A stretch of DNA of 54,946 bases, taken from Fonticula alba ATCC 38817 (taxonomy: Eukaryota > Protista > Nucleariida). Under the pieces are notes generated by a model. The model saw nothing but the letters and a program-made list of their open reading frames with translations, made no database searches and was not told the origin of the DNA. A program made the translations under genes and the position numbers. This document shows positions 23,401 through 37,300 of this stretch, piece by piece. Position 1 is the stretch's first letter. Every line of letters begins with the position of its first letter. The DNA lies in NCBI GenBank assembly GCA_000388065.2, contig KB932212.1; one strand, given 5' to 3'.

Positions 23401-24441
23401 GGCCGGGGCAGCCAGCTCCGCGGCCGGGTTGTTCTCGGCGGCGGCGGCGGCCGCCGCCGCCGTGTCCATCGGGCGCATGGGCTCGGGTGTCTGGCCGCCC
23501 GGCAGCGAGGCGTCGGCCGTGTCGCTGCGCTCCAGCCCGTCGAGCTCGCCCGGCTGCCCGGTGCCCACCAGCGGCGACGTGGTCTCCTCACTCGGGTGAA
23601 GTGCGCCGCTCTCCGAGGTGGTCGTCTCGTGGTCGGTGGTCGCGCCGCCATGGGCGTCCTCCTCGTGCGCCGCGTCCGCCTGGGCCTCGGCCGGGCGCGC
23701 CGAGCAGCATGACGGCGTCGCCCCGTCATTGGTGTTGGCCGTGGCCAAGTCGGCCTCGGTGCCGGGGACGTTGGTGTCGGCGCCGTCGTGGCCATCCTCA
23801 TGGTCCGGGGTCGAGGCGGCTGGTGGGGTGTGGTACACGGCGCCCATTCACCCGCCGATGCACACACACACACACACATATACACACACGTCAACGAGAA
23901 GAAAGGGGCGCCGGGCCTCTCACGGTCAGCGAGGTTGCCCTCATGCGCCAGCATGCCCCCCCCCCATCTCACCGACAAAAAGAGGGCAGCGGCCACCACT
24001 TCATGCTCGACAGCCTCACACGCGCGTAAATGGATGATGCCCTCCCCCTTCCTGCAGACACATGGCAAATGCGCTAAGTCGTCGTCCCACGCACCCTCAG
24101 CCGCCGTGTCGGCGCCGCGGCCGAGCATCTCGTCCAGCGCGCGCGATGTCTCCTCCCGGACCAGGAGGCCCTGGCGGCGGGTGGCGTCCATCACCGCCTC
24201 CTTGAGGCTGCGAATGGATGCCGGCATGTCCTGGTCGGCCAGGGTCGGCGAAGTGGCCACCTCGCCGTGGTGCGCGTCCTGTCCAATGTGAAGGTCTTCC
24301 TCCGGCGGGCGGACGGGTGGCCAACAAAGGGGCAGAGCAGGTGAGTGTCTGAGCGCGTGCATGCCCCCCGCTGGGCGACCGCTTCCGGTGCCCGCGCCAC
24401 AGGGCGAAAGGGCAAAGGCCGCCTCACAACGCACCGGTCAT
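20005..24441 (-). CDS. Septin GTPase with acidic N-terminal extension and C-terminal coiled coil (5' exons tentative)
   Basis: GFALNIMIA-G-ESGLGKST (P-loop), LRIVDTPGF (G3), DLCLYML, GLRPVD, VLPLLSKSDTLT (G4), PLAVFAS, RAYSWG, DLPRLRRLL, then coiled coil RKRRLEKELRRNDTHIEELRLKVEDMR. Verified in-frame exons 22755-22389, 22065-21948, 21807-21688, 21478-21382, 21157-20998, 20791-20680, 20433-20005. Upstream exons ~23819-23004, ~24295-24066 and a putative 7-nt first exon 24441-24435 are less certain. Confidence 0.9.
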
Positions 24442-26200
24442 TCTCGAGGAGGCTGCATGTATACGTCGATCAACCAGGGGTGAGGGGGGGGGGGGACCAT
24501 CATGGGGGCGTGCGCGTGCGGCGCCCGGGAAACAGCGACCCAGCAGTGCGGTGGTTGCGGCATGCGGGGGGGGGGGAGGAGGGCGGCGGCTCGGAGGTTA
24601 GGAAGTGGAGAAGAGGTCACGCCCGGTGCCATGCGGGCGTCCCACACCCACTGGGCGCCGGCGACACCATCGGGACTTGCCCGGGCCGGCCGCCGCCTTG
24701 CACGTGCGCGTGGCCGTGTTCTTTGCAGAAAAAAGCCTTGCGCCCATGGCCATACACGCGGGACAGAGCAAGGCGCGCACGGGCCGTACCTGGTGGTGCT
24801 TGTATGTGTGTCTCTAGTGCTGCTGCGCGTGCGCAAGAGCGTGGGGATGGAGGGCGATGTGGTGCGCGGGCACAGGGGCTGTGCGACAGGGATCTGGGCG
24901 GCCACAAGGCAAGGCGTGCGCGCGTCGGGCGAAGGTCGCAGCAGGGAGGAAGGGCAGGGAAGAGGCGTGCGAGGGAAATGCAATGGTGTGCAGCGTAATA
25001 CTAGCAATCGGGCCTTTGGGACAGGGTCCACGCTGACCCGCGTCATGGCATCTCCTTTTTATCGGCTGCCGCCCTCCGGCCACGACCCGGCCCACCCCAG
25101 GGGGGCGGCAGGGAGGGGGGGGGGGCGGGCGGGCAGGGGGGAACGCCAGGCAGCGTAGCGGCGCGGCAGCCATGGCGCACACAGGCACGCAGGCAGCCCC
25201 CTACTTTCCAGTCCTTTGGCCACCCTCGCGCCCCCTCGCGCCCGCCTGTGGCAGGCGCCATCCAGGCCTGGCTGCCGGGCCGTGTCCCGAGCGGAATGTG
25301 GCGGCCCAATGCCACAGCACACCCGACACTCGCCCGGGGGCCCGGAGGCGCGCGCGCCAGGGAGCACATAAATTCCGGCCCCCCATCGCCACCGTCCTGC
25401 CCTTCCAGCGCCTCTCTGCACCCTCGCCATACCGGGCGATGTCCGACACACAGACACAGACACTCGCACACGCACTCGTACGCATATGTAAGCACACGCA
25501 CGCACACTCACATGTACATACCCCTCTCTCCCTCCCCGCCCCCCCCTCTCTCTCCCCTACACACGCACACACACAGGCCCGTCCCCCACAATCGACACGG
25601 CGCCCAGCGCCAGATCATTACACCACCCCGGCAAGCTATCTCGTCGGGGCGCCGTCGCCGGATGCTCGATTGCCAGGACCGTATGATGTGGCGATACGCG
25701 ATAGTGTGCCGACCCGGGCCACGCCCTGCCCGAGCAGCAATGGAATGTGTCAATGATATGCGCGCGCCCTTGCCGCTCGTCCCCCGGACCCGGGGGGGGG
25801 TGGGGGGGCACGGTGCCCAACTCGCCGCACACCCATCGAGAACGCGCCCAGCCCATGTGCAACGCGAGGAAGGGCCGGGTTTTTTTATTGACCATACACG
25901 GGACTCCGAAGGAGAGGTGTACGCGCCCCATGTGGCGAGGGAGGAGAGGTGCGCACAGCGCGTGGTGGCTGGCGCCCGCACACACAAAACAAGAGACATA
26001 CACACATGCACGGGGGGCGGGGGGGGGGGGGGGGGGAGGGGGCTACCTGCCGGCGCACGGCCGCGCGGGCAAGCATCAAACCGGCTGCCGGGGATTGTGG
26101 GGAACGCGCCCCAGAACCAGATCCCAGAACCGGCGCACATCAGAACCGGCGCCAATCTACAACGATACGCCGTGGGGCGCCCGTCCGCCGAACGCCATTT

Positions 26201-29200
26201 TCACTTATCACTGACCGGAGCAGCCACGTGCTGCTCGTTGGCAGCCTGGAAGAACTTGGTCATCGCCGCCACCTCGCTGCCCGTGAGCGACTCGCGGGTC
26301 GATTGGCAGATGTCCTGCTTCGAGAGGCCGATGAAGATGTCGAACATGGCGGGCTGTGAGGCCGGGGGGGGGGGCGGGGGGGGGGGGGGGGGGGGGGGGC
26401 AAACCGAACACATCGGCAGCGGGCAGGGGATTAGTCGACGCGCATGGCAGGCAGGCAGGCAGGGCAACATGCCCGGGGGGGGGGGGGGGGGGGGGGGACG
26501 GGGCAGGGCGAGGCAGCACACCACGGGGCGGAACGCGGAGACGAAATAGTGCATGTTAGTGTCGAGCGTCCGCCGGCCGGGGGGGGGCGGTTTCCTGCGT
26601 CTCCCCGGCGGCGGGTGGCTGAACGGCCAGGCCAAGAGGGGGGGGAGGCTGCATCTGCTGCGGCCCGCGGTGCTCAGCGCACACGTGCGCGGGCCGCGCG
26701 CCTCCGCCGTCCTCATGCTCTCTTCCCGACCGACCGCCTCGCTGTGGAAGGGGGGGGGGAGAGAGCGTGGATGGGGCGCAAGTGTGCACGCACCAGCAGG
26801 CCAGGCAGGGCGCCAGGGCCGAAATCCGACTCGAAGACATCGAAGTCCTGGTCAATCGAGGCGTCGGTCCCGCCGCCGATCGGGTCGCTGTCGAAGAAGT
26901 CCTCGCTCAGGCCGTACTCTGCCGTGTGGGTGTGTCCGCCGGGGTGTGTACACCCATGCGGCCCGCGGTGTGTGCATGTCGTGTGCGCGTGTGGGTGGGT
27001 GGTGCATATGCCATCGTCATGGATATACATATATATATATATATATGTGGCGGCACGGTCAGAACCCCGGCGGAAAAGAAGGACACAGGGGAGCCAGCCC
27101 ACGCATGTGTCGGACATATGGCACATGGCACACGCACCGGCCAGGAAACTCAGCGCCTTGGGGTCGGAGAAGGGCGACCCGGTGGACGCCTCGAAGGAGG
27201 GCATGCCCGAGCCGCCGCCCTCCTCGTCGGAGCCGTCGCTGTCGGAGGAATGCTCGTCATCGCTGTCGGCGCCCCGGCCGGCCGCCTGGCCGCCCAGCAG
27301 GATGTCCTTCTGCCGGGCCAGGTTCCCGGTGATCAGGGTGTGCTCCTGCAGGGCCAGGTGCGCGGTGGTCACCAGGGACTTCAGGGCCCAGAACTGCGCC
27401 GGGATGACCACGGCGGTCTCCTTGGCGGCTGGCCATGCCAAGGGGGGGGGGGGGGGAGGGGGTGACGGTATATCGACAAATGCGATGGGGCGAGGGCGCG
27501 GAGGCAAATGGCCCAGCAGGGCGCGACAAAAAAAAAGGGGCACACCGGCGGACACAAAACCAGGGACACAGGGACAGAGGACCACCGGGGTGCGGAGCGG
27601 AGGAGTCAGCCGCGCGAAGGCCCCTCCCAGAAAGAAGCATGCGCACAAGTGTACACGCACCCTTGGCCTTGGCCGAGCGCGTGGCGCGCTTGCCCTTGGA
27701 CTCCGGGGCATCGAAGATCGACGAGTAAGACACCGGGATCTGGTACAGCGGGGAGATCTTCATGCTCATGAGCGTGGCCAGGGCCCGGGCGCTGTGGCCA
27801 CCCCACCACCACCACCACCGCCACCACCACCGCCACCACCAGTGCCGAAGGCAGGCCCAGACGACACGGCCCGGCGTGCACGAGCCGAAGGTCAGTCGCA
27901 TGCCACCCACCCACTCCGGCCCCGGCCCCGGCCCCGGGCGAGGTGGCCCCCCGGGGGACAGGGACCAAGGGAAAAAAAAAGAAAAAAAAAGAAGGCGAGG
28001 ATGGCAAAGGAAAATGCCCCACACGCACCTGAGCACCGTGTGCAGGTCCGAGTCGAAGTCCGTCGCGGACCACCCATCCAGCAGCACCACCAGCCCATTG
28101 GCCCCGGTGGCCGACGACTGCCAGGCCGACAGGAAGCCAGTGGTGGCCCCGGCATCTGAGAGGATCAGCCGCGCGAAGGCCAGCACCAGCTGCTGGCGCA
28201 GGCCCCGCGAGGGACGCCGCTCCAGGCGCAGCAGCAGCGCATCCAGCAGCCGGTTCAGGTCCCCATCGGCCAGGCCACACTCCTGGCGCCGGCGAATCAG
28301 CTGCACACACAGGGCCGGCAGGGCCAGCGAGCAGGTGTCGTCCCCGGCCCCGGCATCCGGCGCCACGTAATCCAAGTTGCCGGCCGATCCGGCCGACGCC
28401 CCGCCGGCCCCGGGCCCGCCGCCATTGCCAAGCCCCGGCTCCACGGCCGTCAGCAAGCCCACCACATGCGACACGGCCACCGACAGGACGCTCATGTCCG
28501 GCGCCAGCAGCACGCTTGCCAGGCTCCGCGGCGACCGGTGCAGCGCATACCGCAGCACATACGCCGAGTGCTGCTGAATGTACGAGTCCCCCAGGTGCTT
28601 GTTCATGACGGCCACCGTCACCGGCAGGGCCACTTGCAGCAGGTCATCCACCGACGTTTGCGGCACATGGCGAATGCATGTCCCGAGCAGCTCGAAGGCC
28701 GACTGGACATGCGTGCAGCAGTGGAAAATGCCACTAGGTCAGTGAGCGGCCAACATATGTGGCACGAGAAGGGGGGAGGGAGAGGGAGGGGGAAGGGAGA
28801 GGGAGGGGGCGAGAGCGAGGGCAAGAACAAAAAGAAAGCAAGATGGGACCCCGACAAGGGAAAGCCCTCAAGTAGGAGGCCCCTCGGCCGCCACCGCACG
28901 CACCGACAGGAGGACCTCCGTATCCGGGCTCGACTCCGACAGGATCATGCACGAGGCCCGAGTCACCAGCTCGTTGACCGGAAGGCTCTCCGGCACCAGA
29001 GCCCCGATCAGGGCCACGTACAGCGGCCCGATCATGACATCCGAACGGGTCTTCACCCAAAGATCCAGCAGCGGCTGGACCAGCTCCGTGCCCAGGCGCA
29101 CGGCACATTGGACATTGGACTGCACACCCGAGGATAGCAGGAGAGGAGCAGGAGGAGAAACAGGGAACGAAGGAGAGCAGGGAAAGAGGAAGCGAGGAAG

Positions 29201-29287
29201 GGGAACACCCCTGGTCAGCACAATACCCCAGCACAAAACACACGGTCAAGAAGCCGCCCCTCCCGCCCCCAGCAAAAGGACAAGCAT

Positions 29288-29369
<82 letters not shown>

Positions 29370-30063
29370 CAGGCGGGCCCCAGGCGCACGCACGTTGACA
29401 ATGCTCTGCAGCGTGTCCAGGATGAGGATGTGCATGTCGCTCGTGTGCGCCTCGATCGACACCGCACCGCCATCAAACATCGAGTGGATGAGCAGCGGCA
29501 GGTTGCGCAGGAGGAACTCCGCGTGCGCCGACGTGCGCGACGGGTCCATGATATCCACGAAGCTGCATCGGGAAGAGGAGGAGATGGCGTAAGCGGGGGC
29601 AGGGGAGGATCACCAAAAAAAAAAAAAGGGAGGAGGGCAGAGAGGAAGCACGGAAAAGAGCCGACAGCCGGGCAATCGGTTGCCGCGCCTCCCCTGGGAA
29701 GGGCAGCTCCCGGGTCAGGCCCAACGGCCACACCGACACGTCCCCCACACCCTGCTCCACGCACTTGTGAATCGCCCGCAGGGCCGCCACGCGCAGGGGG
29801 ACCGGGAACTCCGGGTCCAAGCGCTCAATCGAGTACTCGTAGATCTTCTCCGCCAGGCCAATGGGCAGATGGGCAGCCAGCTCACTGGACAGCCAAAGGG
29901 CACGGCCACTCAGGAAGGGGAGCTCTGTCAAGGGGGGCCCGACAGGTCGGGCCGGAAGCGTCCCGGGTTAGCCGCCAGCCATACGCAAAGAGGCCACCAG
30001 CCCGGGAACCAGCGCCCCCGCCTCGCGCACACATGCGCACATGCGTCATACACCCATCGTGTG

Positions 30064-30106
<43 letters not shown>

Positions 30107-31465
30107 GAAAAGCGCACCCTTGATCTGCAGACAGGGCAGCACCACCGCCGTCACATAGCTGGCCAAATCCAGCTCGGGCAGGGTCTCGGCGATCTCCTCG
30201 CATGACCGGCCGATGATGAGCATCGACGCCTCGAAGAGCTTCCAGCTGAGACACAAGCCAGAGGGGGCACACGAGCACATGCATACACATTGTCAGCATC
30301 GGGGCATCGGGGCATGGGGGGAGGCAGCCACCACGCGAGCAAGGCCCGCTCCATGGCAACACATACTTGGTCAGGGAGAGCTGCTGGCCGGCGATCTCCT
30401 GCGCCGAGGTGACCACCGCCTGACAGGCAGCCCGCTGGAAGGCCCCGGTCGTGCCGGACAGCATGGAGAAGAGCAAGCGCTCGGCCGTGATCCGGCAACT
30501 GAAGGCAAAGGTATCCGGGTCGTCCTCGCTCAGGAAGGCCTCCAGATCCTCAAGCCAGAGGGAGATCTGCGCGGGCGCACCGACATGCCCCCAGCCAAGC
30601 CCGGGCAATGGTTAGAATCCTTTGACAAGAATGCAGGCGGAGGGAGGGGGAGGGGGAGGGGGAGAGGGAGGGAGAGAAAAAGAGAGGGAGAAAAAGAGAA
30701 AAAGAGAAAAAGAGAAAGAGGGAGAGAAAAAGAGAAAAGAGAAAAAGAGAGGGAGCAGAGGAGTGTCTGGCCTGCTTCCCGGCCCCTCATACGGAGAAGG
30801 GCAAGAGGAGTGCGCACCTTCGAGTCGCTGATCTGCATGTATTCCAGCAGCACCGGCACCAGGTTCGGGAGCTCCGGGCGCAAGAGCTTGCGGAAGGTCG
30901 ACCGGGTGAAGGCCACCTGGAAGAACTCCATAAGCGACTGCAGCAGGTACGAGAAGCTGACGTTGTCCCCGTCATTCGAAGACACGGACGCCTCCTCGGA
31001 CTCGAGGATCTCCTCGCGGAAGCTGTGTGTACATTCATTTTATGTGGGGAGGGTGGTCGCGTATGGGGCCAGCGCATGGGCCCACACCCGCAGCAGGCGC
31101 AGAACCGGTCAGTACGGGCCACAGGGGTGCCCTCCCCGCGCACATGGCAACCAGAGGACAGGGGCAGGCGCAGCCCCCTCCCGCCCGTGCCCCAGCCCTG
31201 CATGGCGCGACGTCCCACGCACCGAGTCTTCAGATTCAGCAGCAAGTTGCCCACATACAGCAGGAAGGTCGGCAGCGAGGCGTCCACCAGCTTGGGGAAG
31301 CTCTCCGACAGGTTGCCCAGCACATGGAGCGCCTCCAGCAGGAGGCCATCCTTGTCGGAATGGCCGGCAATGCAATCCGGCGAGAGGGTTTGGCTGGCGC
31401 GCCGAGGACCCGAAGAGGCCGCACCCCGGGCAAAGCATCAGTCACCGGCCGGCAAGGGGCCCACT

Positions 31466-31496
<31 letters not shown>

Positions 31497-33031
31497 GCAC
31501 GCACAAGAGCCCCTGCAGCAGGGCCACCCAGTTGGGGAAGTAGGTGGTGGCGATGTTCTTGATGACCGACCGGTCGGTGTCCAGATGCGCCGAGAGGGCC
31601 TGGCACACGGTGCCGAAGATGCGCAGAGTGCGCGCGCGCAGGGGGAGCGGGCACTGTCCACGGACCGGGCCCCGGCGGGAAGGGGCAACAACAGGGAGTT
31701 TAGTTCGGCGAAGGGGGCGGCCCCCGCGCTGGCCGTCGCGCGGCACAGGGAAAACCCAAAAGAGCCCCGGGCCCCCGGGGACGCACCGCGTTGTCGGCCA
31801 CAATGCCGTGCAGGGTGGGCAGCAGGTCGGCCGCCATCTCCAGCAGGAGGGACGTCGGGATTTGGTCGATGAACTCTGAGCAAGCAGGCGCACGCGTGTG
31901 AGACGGGCAGGCGAGAGGGGCTTGGGCCGCCAGGCGGCGCGCGGCGTGCAATGCGCGGCGCGCCATGCGACGCGAGCAGGGCCTCCGAAAGGGCCACCAA
32001 TGGAGCCGGCACGAGAGACAGCCCCGGAAGGAGGCACACGCACCGGATAGAGCGAACACCGACCCGTAGGACACGGCCGGCACCTCGCCGGTGGCCGAGC
32101 TGTAGGACTTCAGCGAGGAAAGCAGGAAGGGCCAGAGCTCCGGCCAGTTGGTGGGCCAGTCGTGCGCCGCGATGATGGCGATCAAGTTGGCCTGGAAATG
32201 CGTGGGTGGGTGGATGAGTGGGCGTGGGTGAGCGTTTGTGTCAGACTCAGCGAGCAGCAGGGCAATGCCCAGCCCGACTCACAGCCAGCGCGATGTACGG
32301 GCAGCCGAGCGGGCAAAGAAGAGGTCACCAGCCTCGCCTCCCCGCCCCCCCCCCCCCCCCCCCCCCCCCAACCCCATCGCACAGGGGAAACCCCATGGGA
32401 CGCACGATCAGCAGACGGAGCGAGCGGTCCTCCTCGGCCAGCGCCGGCAGCAGCTGCGCGTGGATCGTCCGCTTGACGTCCTCCGGCGTCTCCGGCCCGA
32501 CGAAGGTGTCATCCGGCGAGGAACTGTCCCAGTGGCGGCCGATGTAGCGCTTGAGCGTGGTAACCGACAGCTGTGCGTCGCCAGCCACGGCCCACAGCGG
32601 GGAGATGCACCGGAGAGCCGGGTGAGTGGGCGAAAAGGAAAGGGGACAGGCTCAGCGGGGGCACACGCAGACCCCCGGTGCGCGCGTGTGCCCAGCCAAA
32701 GGCATTCCGCCTGCGCACCTGGCGGTAGGACCGCGCGGAGGTCTTGTCCAGGAGGACGCGAGTCAAGAAAAGGGGAAACCCTGCGCGGCGGGCGGCGGGC
32801 GGCGAGCGGCGGGGTCAGCATACACACACACACACACACATACACACACGCATGGATGCGCGCAAAGACCAGCGAACAGCGCCGGGGGCGAGGGCGGCGA
32901 CAGGGGAAAGACGGCGCGTCGCAGGTACCGGGATCGCTGCCGAGCGAGTCCAGCTGGGCCTCGGCCTGCGCACGGGACCCGGCGGCCGGGCTGAGGATGC
33001 TCTCAAAGCACTGGGAGACGACGGCCTCCAT
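26201..33031 (-). CDS. IPO9: Importin-9 (importin-beta/karyopherin family; Kap114-like), multi-exon
   Basis: Starts MEAVVSQCFESILSPAAGSRAQAEAQLDSL-GFPLFLTRVLLD; LSVTTLKRYIGRHW; IAIIAAHDWPTNWPELWP (IPO9-type DWP..WP); SWKLFEASMLIIG; acidic loop plus KRATRSAKAK; last exon ends ...EQHVAAPVSDK* at 26201. Many exons are linked by GTGCGT/GTACGT..AG introns; not every internal junction was checked. Confidence 0.85.
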
Positions 33032-34322
33032 GGTTGCTGTGTGGTGTCTCTTTCTCCGGGCGGGGAAAGGCGAGTGGGCGCGACAAGAGGCACAGGAGGG
33101 GCGAGAGAGAGAGAGGGGGGGGGGGAGGGGAAGGGGAATGGGCGGAAGGGAGCGGCGAAGGGCGGACAGGGGGGCGTATACAAACCGCTCGTCGCCCCCC
33201 CTCCCGGGCTGGCCACCGGCCGAAGAGAGGCCCACCAGATCGGCCCAGCGCCCCGGGGGCCCCCGCCCGGCCGAGGGGCCCGTGCAGATCGCACAAAAGA
33301 CCACCGCCCCGCGGCTGCCTGGGAACCGGGCCCCAGCGGAGGCACGCCCCCGCCCGGGCGCGCTCCTGCGGTTGCCCCGAACACAGACCCAATGGCCCTT
33401 TTCCCCCGGGGGAGCCCCCCCCCCCCCCCCCCCCCCCCCCTCCCCCCCGCGCCCCTCGTGCCAGCGCCAGCCGGTCGGGCCCGGAGAAAATGCCACCGGC
33501 AGCCTCGGGGGCGGGGGGGAGAACCCCAGCCCGGAAGAGGGCAGCGAGGTGCGCAGACGCACCGGCGCGGCCGGCCCCTTCTCGTCTCGGCCATCCTGTC
33601 CGCGGCCGGGCAGGCCCGGCCGCCGCGGGCGCAGGGCGGGTGGTCGGCGTGTTATCCACGGAGCCGGCCTCGGGGCCGCCAGTCCCCACGCCCCCGGGCT
33701 TGCTCGACTTGCTGAATGCGGCGCCGGCGCGCGAGCCCCCCCCCCCCCATGGCCTCCCCTTCGCTTGCTCCCATGCTTACCCTCACGGAAACTCCCCCCC
33801 CCCCCCCCCCCCCCCCCCCCCGGCCCCCCCCCCCCCCCCCCCCCCGCCCCCGCGCGCACTGCTGCCCATCCCCGCTCCGCCCGAGGAGAGAGGGGCGGCG
33901 AGAATGAGCGTGGGGCACGCACGCACTCGCCCCGCCCCCCTCCCTCCCTCACTCGCCCCAGACCTCCGCGCCCCTTGGTCCAGCCCGCGGCCGAGAGTGC
34001 CCACACGCCCGGCGGCAAAGGCGCGGTTCGACTGCCAGAATCTATTTCAGAACGGATGCCGGTCCGTCGGCAGATGGGCGCGCGTGTGCGCGCGCGCCCG
34101 CCCGCCCGCCAGCACCGAGGAGCCCTGGTTGCCGGGGGGCGCTCCCCGCCGCGTGAGCCCCTCTCTCTGGGTCTCGTCCTTGCTCCTGCGGCGGTCTCTT
34201 GTCCCCTCTGCACGCTCTCTCTCTCTCTCTCTGTCTGTCTCTTGCGCCCTCTCTGTGGCCCTCGCGTGTGCGCGCGTGCGCACACACACCAGGCTCGTCT
34301 TGAGGTTCTCGGCGGCCGACGC

Positions 34323-37300
34323 TCAGAGCCGCCACCGGCCGGCGCCGGTCGCACGGCGGGTCTGGTACACGAGGAACAGCCAGCCGCAGATTCTCAAGGA
34401 CACAAAGAGGATGGTCAGCATCCAGATGGACTTCCACATGTAGCGCTCGGTGGGCTCCATGTCGAAGCGCTCGATGACCTGCTCGCCGGTGGTAACCGCG
34501 CAGATCTGTCCACAGACACACACACACACACACACGGCCCCGGGTGGGAGAAGGGGGCAGACCCGGCAGCCAGCGCGAGGCCGCGCAGCGGGGGCACCCG
34601 CAGGGGCGGACATTGTGTTGTGGGCTCGCCAACGGTGAGTATGGGCATCCACATGCGAGGGGGCGGTGTCGTGCACGGGAAAAAGGGCAAATAAAACCCC
34701 CGCAAAATATAGACAACGAGCTGACCGCTCTCTCCCTCTCTCAGCTGTCCCTCCCCGCCGCTCGGTTCCGTGCACAATGCCGGATCTAAAAAAGCGGCCT
34801 CGCGCGCGCGCTCGTGCTCACATAAATGGGCGGGTGTGTGTGTGTGTGGGCCTGTTCGCACCTTTGCCCCGTCTGGCGTGACGATGTACTCCTTCTCCGT
34901 GCAGTGGAGTTCGACCCCGCGGAACTCATTGATCAGGATCGCCTGGAAGGACCACTTGTGCGGAGAAATGTACTGGACCCAGCTGAGCCAGGAGGGCATG
35001 TCCTCGGCGCTGATGTAGAACCCGCCGAACACCTTGGGGGCAAGAGCGGCAGAGGGCAGCCGTGTGTATCAGCGTCTGTGTGTGCGTGTGCGAGGGTTGC
35101 TTTTTCCCCCCCCCCCTCGCCCGCCCCTCTTCCTCCTGTCCCTCCCCCCCCCCCTGCTCCCTTTGCCTCGCTCGTTGTCCTGGCCTGGCCCCGCCCCTCC
35201 CACCCCTCGGGCCCGCTCTCGCCGTCCTCTCCCCCAGGGCCACACATGCTGCGCATGCCTCTCCTCCCCGCCACGCCGCCTCCCCCCCCCCCGCGTGCAA
35301 GCTGCTCCAGGTATGCGCACCATCAGGGGAACAATGACAATCGGGGCCACGGTGACCGCGGCCTCCGGATTGGAGAAGGCCGACCCGAGCACCACACTGT
35401 GGGCAGAGGCGGCGGCGATGTGCACAAAGGGTGCGCGGAAGGGGGCACGCCCCGGGTCACCTTGGTGTCAGTCGCCGGCCGAGCGGAGCACGAAGCGCGC
35501 GCGCGCACACACACACACACAAGAAGCAAAAGGAAGAGGAGCCCAGCGGCACACGCACCCGATGCCCACCGACAGGCTGGTCAAGATCCACAGGACAAAT
35601 AGGAAGATGAAAAACTTCCCCGCATCCAGGGCCAGGTCCAGCATGAAGTAGGCGATGAGGGTGAAGATGATCGGGAAGAGGAAGGACCAGGGCAGCTCAC
35701 TGGCAGGCGGCCGCGCGGCGGCGGCGCATGTGGCACGCATGGGCACGTATATGTCGTCGCACGGCAGGACGGCCATCCCATGCGGCAGGGGGCGAGAAGA
35801 GCGGGGCCCCCCCGGTGGCCATGTGCGAGTGTGCGCAATGCCCCCGGCCATCAAAAAAGCGAGAATGTTAGCGCGCGAGCCTCGGGCGACGTATGCGCCG
35901 CACTTTGGCAGCCCCTCTCCTCCTGTCCCCCCCCCCACGGCATTTTTCTCCGCCTCCTCACACACACACATGCGCGCGCGCGCACGCACCTCAGGAACTT
36001 AGACCAGTAGTACGTGGTGGTGGAGTACATCTCGCTCATCTGCTCGCGCAGCAGGATGGACCGCTCCACCGGGAAGGTCAGGACGAAGCTCATGGCCGAT
36101 GACATGACCAGCGAGGTGATCAAGAAGAAGAGGGCGCCGCTGCGGCCGAGGGCGCCCGACTGTGTCAGCTCAATGCGCCAGAAGAGGGCCCCCACCATGA
36201 GGGCCGTCAGGGCGGTCTGGGCCATCCGGGCCCAGAAGGTCACCGGGTTCCGGATGAAGGTCTTGTTGCTGCGCCCGGTCAGGGCCACCAGCTCCACCCA
36301 TGTGGTGGCGCGCTGGGGCGCGGTCAGTGTCAACCCCGGCCGGTGGGTCTGTGTGTGCGTGTGTGCGTGTGTGCGTGCGTGTGCGTGTGCGTGTGCGTGT
36401 GTGCGTGTGTGCGTGTGTGCGTGTGTGCGCGTGTGCGTGTGCGTGTGTGTNNNNNNNNNNNNNNNNNNNNNNNNNNNNNNNNNNNNNNNNNNNNNNNNNN
36501 NNNNNNNNNNNNNNNNNNNNNNNNNNNNNNNNNNNNNGTGTGTGCGTGTGTGCGTGTGTGCGTGTGTGCGTTTGTTGGGGTGGCCCCAGCGCGATCGCGG
36601 GGCCACAGAGGCGCCAGAATGCCGGCCACAGGGCGGGGAGGTTAGCTCTCCGGGCGACGAAGAAGTGCGACCGCACGCCCGAACGCTCAAGCAACATGTC
36701 CGCCCATGCCTCTGTTCGCAAGCGCGCACCTGCTGGGTGATCTCCTGGCGGAGCTGCGGGGCCGACTGCTCCTCGAAGGTGGCCGTGATGTGCTGCACCC
36801 GGGTGACATCCTCGGCCGAGTGGCTGTGCAGGACCTTCATGAAGAAGTCCGAGGGGTTGGTGTAGGTGGGACACTCGTAGCCAATCTTGGAGAAGTAGTC
36901 CACCGCCAGGGCCGCCTCGCCGAAGTAGGCCACCTGCGTGCATGGACGTGCGCGCGCGCGTGTGTGTGTGTGTGTGTGTGTGCACGCGCGCGCGAGGGCA
37001 CACAGGCACGCACATGCAGGCATGCACAGGCACATCGCCACATGGCCGCACGCAACGTCCCCCCGCCACCGGCGGGGCGGGAAAAACAACAGCAGAGCAC
37101 ATGAGTTAGACACCCGGCGATCAGGACCCATAATAAAGCGGAATGCCCGCTTGCCCGCCCTCCCGCCCCTCCCGCCTTGGTGCCCCCCGCGCAGGCAGGC
37201 CGGCCGGCCAGAGGGCGCGCGCCGCCAGGCGGCCGAGCCAAAGCCAAAGCCAAAGCCAAAGCCAAAGCCAAAGCCAAAGCCAAAGCCAAAGCCAAGCAGC

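Noticed and set aside
29290-29366. His/Thr- or Cys/Val-rich 'metal-binding' peptides (HTHTHT, CVCVCV) in many ORFs
   Set aside because: Translations of intronic (CA)n/(TG)n microsatellites.
37236-37295. (TTGGCT)10 as an interstitial telomere-like repeat
   Set aside because: Not a TTAGGG-type motif, and one of many intronic microsatellites here.
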